From: Chiloscyllium plagiosum
Taxonomy: Eukaryota
DNA: 64,000 nucleotides
Reading direction: 5' to 3'
NCBI RefSeq assembly: GCF_004010195.1
Contig: NC_057718.1
Location: 50,787,018-50,851,017, forward strand
Below, piece by piece: positions 24,413 to 35,483 of this stretch (positions are counted from its first letter, which is position 1; the number at the start of each line of letters is the position of its first letter). The notes beneath the pieces were generated by a model, which worked only from the letters and a program-made list of their open reading frames with translations, searched no databases and had not been told where the DNA came from. A program made the translations under genes and the position numbers.

Positions 24413-24827
24413 ATTCAAGAACATAACACGCTTTACTTTTATTCAAACCATAGTAGGGAATAGGATTCTTCTAACTACTTGCTATTTTTTGTATATTTTT
24501 CAATCACTGATTTGATAAGTATATTTAAAACCATATACTATTTACATCAGAAAAAAAAAATCCTAGGAATGTTTGTGCTTTCAGATCTTAAAGAGGAAGG
24601 AAATAAAAATTGTTTAAGAAATGAGGATATCCAAGAATGATTAAACAAAATGACTTGCATTGAATAATTTCCCAGAGTTTTCTGAAGTGATTGGGGAAAT
24701 GGGAAGGGGGTGCATGTACTAGGATTTACCTGATCAGGATGTGAATCACCTTGAGCATCTCATTTGCCAACAGTACTTTAATATCTCACCCAAGGTACTG
24801 CTTTATTAACTACATGCCAGAAAGTTT

Positions 24828-25135
24828 GGTGGCAATGCCACCTCACAGCACCAGGGACCCAGGTTCAAATCCTGCCTCAGGTAATTGCCTGTGTGAAGTT
24901 TGCACATTCTTCCCGTGTCTGCGTGGGTTTCCTCTGGGCGCTCCGGTTTCCTCCCACAGTCCAAAGATGTGCACGGCAGGTGAATTAGCCATGCTAAATT
25001 GCCCATAGTGTTAGTTGCATTAGTCAGAGGCAAATGTAGGGTAGGAGAAGGGTCTGGGTGGGTTACTGTTCGGAGGGTCAGTGTGGATCTGTTGGGCTGA
25101 AGGACCTGGTTCCATACTGTAGGGAACCTAATCGA
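24828..25135 (+). mobile_element. V-SINE (HE1-like)
   Basis: cctcacagcaccagggacccaggttcaaatcc B-box head; V-domain tgcgtgggtttcctctgggcgctccggtttcctcccacagtccaaagatgtgc. Confidence 0.88.
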
Positions 25136-25279
25136 AAAAAAATTGAACAATCCTTTCCTCAGTTGTGACATATTTCCCAGCATGGGTAATTCAATAATGA
25201 ATGGACAGATTCAACTTTGGCTACTTGCTCTCCTGCCCAAGTTTGGAAATACTAAGGTCAATCATTAATCCAAAAGGAA

Positions 25280-25460
25280 AAAATGAAAAATGCTGGAAAT
25301 CTGAAAGAAAAGCAGAAAAATCTTGAAATATTCAACAGGTATTTGCGGCAAGAGAAACAAAAATACCTGATGAAAGGTCACATCTTGAAATGTTAACTTT
25401 GTTTCTCTCCCCATGTAAGTTCCTGGACATGTTGAGTTTTTCCAACAGTTCTCATTTTTA
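25280..25460. mobile_element. Old, degenerate fold-back Penelope-derived element
   Basis: Loosely inverted arms around CTGATGA-AAGGTCACATCTT-GAAATGTT (~25367-25394). Confidence 0.5.
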
Positions 25461-27320
25461 CAAAGCCAATTGTTTCACAGTTACAACAATCCTGTTGAGA
25501 GCAAAACCTTAACTAAACTTAGGGTCAAAAGTGGAACATTACTGGACTGCTGTCCCAAAGACTGGACTGACCAAGATAAAACTGACTGGATTAATGCTAA
25601 GCTTTCTGAAATATTTAACAAAAACAAAAAAAATGTTTTTGGTTGTACCACTGGTAGAGGAGGCCTCCAGACAGTGATCTAAAGTGGGAAAACTGATCTG
25701 TATTTTTTTTATGAAATGTTGACAAGGAGGAATGACAATGCTTGATGGAAATTCCACCGAATTAAAAATTCACAATGCTTGAGAAATACATTAATATCAA
25801 AATGGTAATGCTATACATGGTCACTCTCTCCACATCTGGAATGCAACTATTCTGATCAACTTGTTTTCCAAACATTTCTATTGGTCCTCCTTAGACCAAT
25901 GGTCTAACCAGCACATGTGCAATCTCGTCATCACAACTGTAACAAAATTAGTTCAAATTGCATTTAACAAAGTGGTTCTATGTTAATCAATTTAAACCTG
26001 AAGACAAATCTGTGAAAAATCCATACACTTTGATTAGATGGCTCGACTTTACATAGCCAATGAAGCAAACAAATCTAAATTGGGATTTTCAATTGATGGA
26101 TTGTAACCTCCAGTGTCAGGACACTAAAGGATTGGTCTTTGTTTTACTTCTATTTCACTTTGGGTCAGCAGGAAGTCCAACTCTGAGCCCTTCATGGAAT
26201 CAATTACTCTGTTTTATATAATCTAAAATTATTGCCTAACCATGTCTCTGTGAATTTCTAAATTACATTTTGCAGTGGCACAATGGCTTTGATATATATT
26301 TGGTGCTACCTGTACTTGCACTTTGACTGAAAGTTTCAATTGACTGAGACTGGAATTCAAAGTCAGGGGTTATGCGACCTCCGTAAATTATTCAGACCTC
26401 TCCTGACTTATGATGTCAACTGAAACCTTGGAATGAATTACAGCCTTGCGCATTAACAGTATACACCCTTCAATATGAAAGAGAAATCTGAAGAAAATTT
26501 GCAATATTTGAAATAGAAACTGAAGTACTGCATGCCCATCTGACAGTCAGTAGCTGAATGAGAAAGTTAACTATTCTGACAGACTGCTTAACATGGCTAA
26601 TAGTTAATTTCTTACAGTTCTAATAAAAAGTCTTAGGCACTCTTTTAGATCCTGCTCTTTAATTTCAGTATTTTATGTTTCTGGTATGGCGCATAATGCC
26701 TACTGAAACAAACTTCACTGAAATAAGGCATATTTCTGACAACAGATTCTCCAAAAGAGTGCATCTCCATAAATATCGAGAACACACTAAATTTGACCGG
26801 GCTTTTTTGGTGCAGCATACTGTCAGATGTCAGAGTGGGAGGGGGAGACAAGGGGGTGTGTTGGGTCAGGATCCAAGAGGTATAAAGGATCAGGGATAGT
26901 ATCATTGGTGGAGGGTCAATTGATGTTTGCTCAGTTTGACAGTTATCCAGAAGTTATACCAGGATTTGACTAGTCTAACCTTTCCTGAGTAATTTCTGAA
27001 GTCAAATGATGCCTCTTTTTCCACAGCAATGAGTAGCCATGTGGTAAAATTTAAAGGTCCAGCCACTCTGACAGTTCCTGTGAAAGGGTATGTAAGGAAA
27101 GTCTGATGCTCGGTGGGTATAGTGCCAACTGGATAGTGTGCCAGGGAGCCATGTGGGTATGTGCCAAATAGATAGGGGGTGGGGACCAGATGGTTAAGGT
27201 ATGCAGGGATATGAGCTGGGAGCAGGCAGATAGAACTAGGTTAGTTTGGGATTATGTTTGGCATAGACTAGTTGGACCAAAGGGTCTGTTTCTGTGATGT
27301 ACGACTCTATGACTATGACT

Positions 27321-27655
27321 CATTCATAGGATGTGTTCTCATTGGTTAGGCCTGAATTCATTGTCCAAATTTAAGGTAAGAATCAATCACGTCGCTGTAA
27401 GCCTGAAATCCCATGTAAGCGGATTATATAAGGATAGGAGTTTCATACTCTAAATGATATTAGTAAACCAGATGCCCCTTTGTGACAATTGAAAGTGTTT
27501 ACATGATCACTATTAGATTATGTTTAACTCCAGATTTTTAAACAAATACAAATTTCACTATCTGCCATGGTAAGATTCAAAACCATTTCTAAGAATATTT
27601 GTCTGGGGTTCTAGATGATTAATGAAATGACAATATTACTACTGAACACCAACAC
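27321..27655 (-). mobile_element. Deu-type (SacSINE-like) SINE, preceded by a CR1 tail fragment (~27180-27320, +)
   Basis: gatattagtaaaccagatg..tttcactatctgccatggtaagattcaaa; head similar to 51365-51535 in reverse. Confidence 0.6.
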
Positions 27656-30600
27656 CTCCCATCTACCAGGGAAATAAGAGTGTCGGGGTGCAAAGTAAGA
27701 GATGGCATGTTTAAAGTAGATCGGACTGTGCAGGAGATATCAGGTTCAGCAGTGGGTTGGCTCGGGGCTGGTGTGGGAAGCTTACCATGTGTTGGGTGCT
27801 GGGGGAAGGAGGAATATGGGGGAATTCGGGCCGTGTGTGTGGAAAGGAAAGGAATAAAGTCCTTGTTGGGTCCGGAGTGGAGAGTGGACTGTCAGGGGTT
27901 TTGACTCTCGATGGAAGTCGAGTAATTGTTGGATCCCAGGCAGGGGGGTGCTGATGTCTGGATTTCTGGGTCCTAGGCAGAGAGATAGTGTGTTGGGTCA
28001 AGGTCCAGGAGGCGTCAGAGGGAGGGGTTGTTAAGTTGAGGGCTCATTTTTATAGTTATCCAGGAGTTAGACTGGGTTTCTAAAAGTCAAAATCTTCCTA
28101 GGTAACTATTTACCTGACTGCACTTTCAACTCAAATGGATACTTTCAGAGGGTTCCAGCCTTGGGGAGTTTTCCATTGGAATCTTCAATTTCCCAGGCAG
28201 TTTTCTCAGAGTTTGCTATAATTCTGCAGAGTCCTGGTGCACAACTCCTAACCATGCTGTAGAAATTATTAACTGGCCTTGGGAAAATCTGGGCCATATA
28301 GACTCTGGAATCTTGCAGGCATAGTGCAAAAACTAAATATACTGCTGCTATATTGTGCTTCAGAGATCTTGCACAGTATAATACAGTGGGTAGATGTGCT
28401 CCCAGAGAAACAATTCATTTCAATACATAGAAGCTGAAAAAATCTGAAAATTGGAAGGACAGATCAATTGACCGACTGGTTGAGACATGAATTGGACACA
28501 AAATATTGTGGATTCAAATCATGGCATGACTCACTCAACTTCTTATCCTTCGCAATACTGTTCTGGATTTAGGGAGAAACAAGAGACTAAAGATCATGAT
28601 CAATGCTGAGCACATTGCCGCAGTATCTATCTTTGGACACTCCTTGCTGTTCAGGATGAAAACAGGCATCGGTTCAAAACACGACAGGAGTCTGACTAAT
28701 GGACAGAAATCCCTACGGGTCATCGCTTTTGCTGATGGCAGAATTCAGATAGTTTACTTTCAAATTTTGAAAGAGAGCTTTCTACTTGTCAATTTTAAAA
28801 GCAGGCGGTATGGCATTTCACAGCAGTAGGGTGATTTGACCCAGCCAATCCATTTCTTTCATTTTCTTTAACACTGGGCAGCATTTTTCAGGCAGCAAGT
28901 TTCCTACTGCACCAGAGAAATGGTCAGTGCCAAAGGTACCATCTTCCACATGTGACATCACCTGATGGAACAGAGTGATTTCCACCCTTCACATGGCATG
29001 AAATCCCACCTCGGAGAACTGTTGCAGAGATGTACCAGCAGCTCTGTAGCCCCAGTAGCATCACCAGAAGTGGTGGCTCTTGCTGGGACTCCATCCAATT
29101 CTCTGAGTTTAAGTGTGCCAGGAGTGTTATGTTAGGTGGTTTATCAAGGTAGGAGCTGGGTGGAAGGTAGGTGCTTAGGTGGTCAATAGGCAGATGAAAA
29201 GGCCTGTAGTATGCCTTAAGTGGGGCCTGCTTGGGAAATTAATCCCATGAGAGAGGAATTCCTTCCTTTCCTGCCCTTAGCCCAATCAGAGTACCTTGCA
29301 TTACCAGCACCTCAGTACCCAACCTTCTCAACTCAATGTCAGAATTGTAGCTGGGTCAGGAATCAGCTTTATATGACCATTAATATAAAGAACATGACCA
29401 TCCTCATCCTAATGATCAAATGAAATTCTTGCTTGCTCTTCAGTAGCGCTTCCTGTGATTAGTGACTGATAAATTCATCAGCATTTGAGTGAGGTGGAAC
29501 TGATTTACATCCAGTACAGTACTAATTTACAGTCTGTCTATGCCTATCATGGCCATCGTAATAGATGAAACCTAGGTGTGTCAACTATGTGAAAGGACTT
29601 TTATACATGAAAGATTTTATCTGACTGAGGTAAATCTGTGAATGTGGTTGAAAGAAGTTGGCAGTTAGGACCTGAGTATGCCAGAGATGTATTGCTGTAA
29701 TCTCTTTATAAGAGTATGGATTCTGCACTAAAACTTCTTGGTTGTTTGTGTTTTCATATCCTTCACCAATTGGCTTTCTGGAAGAAGAAAGAGGACAGTG
29801 ATAATCTCTTCTTACTGATTGTCACATAAAAACAATTGTTGAAACGTAGAAAATTGCATCAAGGCAAGGAGATAATGAATGCTGAGCCAAAGATGATATG
29901 TATTGAGGAATGACCAATAGGTTCGTGAAAAAAAAAAATAACTTTAAGGAGAAAGAAGAAAGGGGAGGCAAAGATGTTGAGGAAAGAATTGTCCGGAATG
30001 GAATCCGGATGGCTGAAGGCATATCCATTATTGATAGATTGAAGTATTCAGGAGATATTGTCAGCTCCAGAAAATTGTAGTAATAGGGATGGGAGAGACC
30101 ATGAAGAGATTTAAATACATGGCAAATGATTTTAAATTTGAACTATTATGAGCTGTTGTAAAACACCAAACTCAGGGACAATGAAGAAACATTGCGTCCT
30201 GAAGGATAGGATGAGCAGAAGATTTTTATAAGAGTTGAAGACAGTGAAAGAAAGGAGATCATCAAGAGGAACAGCAAATAGTTGAGAATTAAGGTGACAA
30301 TTACATAAGTGAGGATTCCAGAAGTATACCTTGCTCAGAGCTGACTGAATGTTATGAAGGTGGAACTGGGCACATATCCTAGTTTTCTCTTTTTCAAGAA
30401 TCATACATGTTTGAGAGCAGGGTCAAATGGCAAATGTTCACACTTAGTTTTATGCATTTCCCTTTTGAAATGTTGAGTAGTTTAGCTTTTTTTTCCATGA
30501 ATTATAGTTTCTTACTCATGACCGAAAAGAATATGGCCTTCATCGGGATCAACATAAATTTAGTTTTTCAGTGTAGCAGTACCACAAACCATATTGTAAC

Positions 30601-32332
30601 TGCTGCTGTATAGAAAAAGCAATAAAACTGAACACATCGTTCCTAATTAAATACTGTTTGTATTAGTTGGTCTCTTGAATCAGTCAACATAAATAGCAAA
30701 CTTACAATGATAACAACAAGGAAGTTTTTATCATGTGATTTATTGAGCAGCAACAGTTGCATTTATATATCATCTTTCTCAAAATATAAATGCAAAAACT
30801 GAGGCCGTGGCTTGATCTCTTGAGCCACAGTTGTAGAACAGGATAATTGTATCCACTTTCTCAAACAACAAGCGTGGGAGCTTTTTATTGCCTTGCACCT
30901 GTCCTATTTCAGACTTGCACTGTTGGGTCTCGATGACTGTATAATAGAACTCCTCAGTTATAAGAGCAAAAAAGCATACTCTACAGACCAGAGCCATTAT
31001 TCAGTGGCATGATCTTTGATTATCTGCAACTACAATTCCTTGTCTTTTATTGATATAATAATTCAAAATAATATTTAATTCTGCAGAAAGTTCTTAATCA
31101 AAATATTTCCCACAGAGTGTAAATTATTTATATGCTAATCTCTTGTATGCAGCTTGGTCATAGGCTGCATGATCTTCCAGAAAGATGTGGATGAAACATC
31201 TCTTCACTCTTTAAGAGTTAGGTCATTGAAGCGATATGACCTCTGCCTGAGTTGAGATCTGAAATTACATGTCAGAAGGCAGACAATTGTTAAAGGGGAG
31301 AAATTATTTCCACAAACCAACTTTTTTTTATAAATTAATGGAAGATCAGAGCTGCAGGAAAGGCTTAAAGTCCTTAAGCCCATAAAGAACTAAGGAAATT
31401 GTAATTATAGTATCATACTGTGCCTGAGATTAGTAGCCTCATTTTTAAAAAATAAAGTCCTGAATCCAATTTTCCATTTTGCAAGGAAATAAAGGGCTTT
31501 TGATCCTGGATTATGGTGGCAAACTATGACATAGTTTAAATACAGCTTTTAAATATACAGTTCAAACATAGATCTGGCTCTGAACGTGCAAGCAAGTATA
31601 CAGAAGCACTTCTGATATAGTATAATAACAAACAGGGTTCATCTATTTTTGTTGTATGTATAGAGGCTGCTATGGGCAGGCTTTTCTGTGGTGAATGGAC
31701 AACCAATGTAATAAAAAAGAACTGAAGTACTGAATAATTTCAGAGAACATAAATATTACTGTACTGAGACAGGTCAAGGATAACAAGACACTAGATAATC
31801 ATTTCAGAAACAGGAATTGACACCCTATGGAATTCCCCATCCTTAAGATTCCAAAATGAATGGTCTGAGAAATTGAAGATTCCACTGAAGATTCCAGTGA
31901 AGATTCATATGCTTCAAACCCTCCAGATCTATTTATTTAAATCAGAAGATTCAGCTGGTTCCACTGAAGTAAAGTAAATAGTTATTCAGGAAAAGTCAGA
32001 TAATTAAAACCTAGTATGCCTCTTAAGCAACCATTAAACTGATCTCAATGTATCTCAAACATACCCATCTACATTCCCCAAGACCCCAAACAACCTCAGA
32101 CTCCTGTTCCCTCGAGGAACCAAGTCCCTTTCCTCCACTCTGGACCCGATGAAACATTTTTCCACTGCCAGACCCAACACCACTCTGCCTCCATTCAAAT
32201 TCAACACTCCCAGCCCATGCTGCAAGGAACCCAACACTCTCAACCATATGCTCACCCGCACCACTGAACCAGATAAATTACACCCACCTTTGCCTCATCC
32301 AAATACTCCATCACTTACTTCGACCACTGACA

Positions 32333-33257
32333 GTCATAGAGATGTACAGCATGGAAACAGACCCTTCAGTCCAACTAGTCCATGCCGACCAGATATTCCA
32401 ATCTAATCTATTCTCACTTGCCAGCACCCAGCTTATTTTACTCCAAACCCTTCCTATTCATATATCCATCCAGATGCATTTTAAATGTTGCAAGTGTATT
32501 AGCCTCCATCACTTCCTCTGGCAGCCCATTCCATACACGCACCACCCTCTGCGTGAAAATGTTGCCCCTTAGGTCTCTTTTATATCTTTCCCCTCTCACC
32601 CTAAACCTATGCCCTCTAGTTCTGGACTCCCCCACCCCAGGGAAAACACCTTGTCTATTTATCCTATCCATGCCCCTCATGATTTTATAAACCTCTATAA
32701 GATGACCCCTCAGCCTCTGATGCTCCAGGGAAAATAGCCCCAGCCTATTCAGCTTCTCCCTGTAGTTCAAATCCTCCAAACCTGGCAACATCCTTGTAAA
32801 TCTTTTCTGAACCCTTTCAAGTTTCACAACATCCTTCCCATAGGAAGGAGACTAGAATTGCATGCATTATTCCAAAAGTGGCCTAACCAATGACCTGTAC
32901 AACCGCAACATGACTTCCCAACTCCTGTACTCAATACCCTGACTAATAAAGGAAAGCATACCAAACACCTTCTTCACTATCCTATCTACTTGCAAATCTA
33001 CTTTCAAGGAGCCTTGAACCTGCAGTCCAAGGTCTCTTTGTTCAGTAACACTCTCTAGCACCTTACCATTAATTGTATAAGTCCTGCTAAGATTTGCTTT
33101 CCCAAAATGCACCATCTCACATTTAGCTAAATTAAACTCCAACTGCTAGTCCTCAGCCCATTGGTCTATCTGATCAAGATCCCATTGTAATCTGAGGTAA
33201 TCTTCTTTGCTGTCCAATACAACATCAAATTTGGCATCATCTGAAAACTTATCTACT
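32333..33257 (-). mobile_element. CR1/HER1 LINE ORF2 C-terminus and 3' tail
   Basis: ORFs 32867-33142 (FNLAKCEMVHFG..LYRSLVRPLLE) and 32438-32827 (LERVQKRFTRMLPGL..RLRGHLIEVYKI..WNGLP). Confidence 0.93.
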
Positions 33258-34443
33258 AAGTGAATTGTTAGGAGAGTATCAAGGTAGGGGGAGTATAGTT
33301 AAGAGGAAAATCAGGAGGGCAAAAAGAGTACATGAGATAGCTTTGACAAATACGATTAAGGAGAATCCAAAGAATTTTTATAAATACTTTAAGGACAAAC
33401 AGGTAACTAGGGAGGCAATAGGGCCCCTCAAAGATCAGAAAGGCAGCCTATGTGTGGAGCTGCAGCAGATGAGAGAGATACTAAATGAATATTTTGCATC
33501 AGTGCTTACTGTAGAGAAGGACATAGAAGATATAGAATGTAAGAGGAAGTGGCGGATGTCTTGAAACGCATAAAAGTGGATAAATCCTCAGGAACTCATC
33601 AGGTGTACTCTAGAACTCCGTGGAAAGCGAGGGAAGTGATTGCTGGGCCCCTTGCTGAGATATTTGTATCATCGATAGTCACAGGTGAGGTGCTGGAAGA
33701 CTGGAGGTTGGCTAACGTGGTGCCACTGTTTAAGAAAGGTGGTAAGGACAAGCCAGGGAACTATAGGCCAGTGAGCCTGACCTCAGTGATGGGCAAGTTT
33801 TTTGGAGGGAATCCTGAGGGACAGGATTTACACATAGTTGGAAAGGTAAGGACAATTAGGGATAGTCAACATGGCTTTGTGTATGGGAAATCATGTCTCA
33901 CAAACTTAATTGAGTTTTTTGAAGAAGCAACAAAGAGAATTGATGAGGGCAGAGTGGTAGACATGATCTATATGGACTTCAGTAAGGAGTTCAACAAGGT
34001 TCCCCATGGGAGACTGATTAGCAAGGTTAGATCTCATGGAATACAGGGAGAACTAGCCATTTGGATACAGAACTGGCTCAAAGATAGACGACAGATGGTG
34101 GAGGGTTGTTTTTCAGACTGGAGGCCTGTGACCAATGGAGTGCCACAAGGAGCGGTGCAGGGTCCACTACTTTTTGACATTTATACAAATGATTTGGATG
34201 TTAGCATAAGAGGTATAGTTAGTAAGTTTGCAGATGACACCAAAGTTGGAGGTGTAGTGGACAGCGAAGAAGGTTACCTCAGATTGCAACGAGATCTTGA
34301 TCAGATGGGCCAATGGGCTGAGGAGCGGCAGATGGAGTTTAATTCAGATAAATGTGAGGTGCTACATTTTGGGAAAGCAAACCTTAGCAGGACTTACACA
34401 CTTAATGGTAGGGTCCTAGGGAGTATTGCTGAACAAAGAGACC
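33258..34443 (+). mobile_element. CR1/HER1 reverse transcriptase fragment
   Basis: PGNYRPVSLTSV, QHGF..KSCLTNL, YMDFSKEFNKVPH, GVPQGAVQGPLLF, KFADDTK in ORF 33549-34721. Confidence 0.93.
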
Positions 34444-35212
34444 ACTTATCACCTTGTACCATGGAACTGTACTTAGCTGGACCCGTGACTACCTGGTCAG
34501 GTCCATGCTCCCCAACAACCCACCCTCCTTTCCTGGCATCCTCCCCTTACACTGCAGGAATTGCAAAACCTGTGCCCACTCCTCCTCCCTCACCTCCATC
34601 CAAGGCTGCAAAGGAGCCTTCCACATCCAAAGTTTTAGCTGCATATCCACCAATATCATTTATTGTATCCGTTGCTCCTGATGCGGTATCTTCTAGATTG
34701 GGGAGACTGGGTGCCTCCTAGCAGAGCGCTTTAGGGAACATCTCTGGGACACACGCACCAATCAACCACACCGCCCTGTGGCCCAACATTTCAACTCCCC
34801 CTCCCACTCTGCTGAGGACATGCAGGTCCTGGGTGGTCTCCACTGCCACTCTCTCACACCCAACGCCTGGAGGAAGAACGCCTCATCTTCTGCCTCGGAA
34901 CACTTCAACCCCATGGCATCAATGTGGATTTCACCAGTTTCCTCATTTCCCCTTCCTCCACCTCACCCAAGCTCCAACCTCTTCATCCCACCCCCATTCA
35001 CCTATTGTACTCTATTCTACTTTCTCCCCACCCCCACCCTCCTCTCATTTATCTCTCCACTCTGCCGGCATCCTGCCTCTATTCCTGATGAAGGGCTTTT
35101 GCCTGAAACGTCGATTTTCCTGCTCCTCGGATGCTGCCTGAACTGCTGTGCTTTTCCAGCACCACTCTAATTTAGAGTCTGGTTTCCAGAATCTGCAGTC
35201 CTTGTTTTTATT
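34444..35212 (+). mobile_element. Penelope-like element 3' part (GIY-YIG + pLTR)
   Basis: CRNCKTC..FSCISTNIIYCIRCS..IGETG..AERFREHL..AQHFNSPSHSAEDMQVLG. Confidence 0.9.
35081..35116 (+). ncRNA. Minimal type I hammerhead-like motif, best-preserved copy
   Basis: ATTC-CTGATGA(35085-35091)-A-GGGC-tttt-GCCT-GAAACGTC(35105-35112)-GATT; predicted cleavage after 35112. Confidence 0.65.
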
Positions 35213-35448
35213 TAGTTGGACCCCTGCCCATCTCGCATCTTAACCATGTGACACCCCAACCACTTGGAACTCTACATTCTCCCCACTGGCATCCCACATG
35301 ACAAGCTAACATCTCACCAATGTAACTCTACACTTAATTTACGTACTTACTTTTTGACAGGGATCACTCTGGGATCTGACTTATCCTGTGTTACTAAGGG
35401 CTGAAATCAGAATATCAGTGAAGACAGACTTCTACATGCAAGGATACC

Positions 35449-35451
<3 letters not shown>

Positions 35452-35480
<29 letters not shown>
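35452..35480. repeat. (AG)n microsatellite
   Basis: About 14 perfect AG units. Confidence 0.97.

Positions 35481-35483
<3 letters not shown>

Noticed and set aside
31876..31907. GAAGATTCCA(C/G)T x ~2.7 tandem
   Set aside because: Local slippage duplication in an old repeat; no spacers, not CRISPR-like.
33549..34721. 390-aa ORF as an intact gene or RT fusion
   Set aside because: Decayed CR1 RT running out of frame into an adjacent Penelope fragment after EQRD; internal frameshifted segment and non-ATG start.
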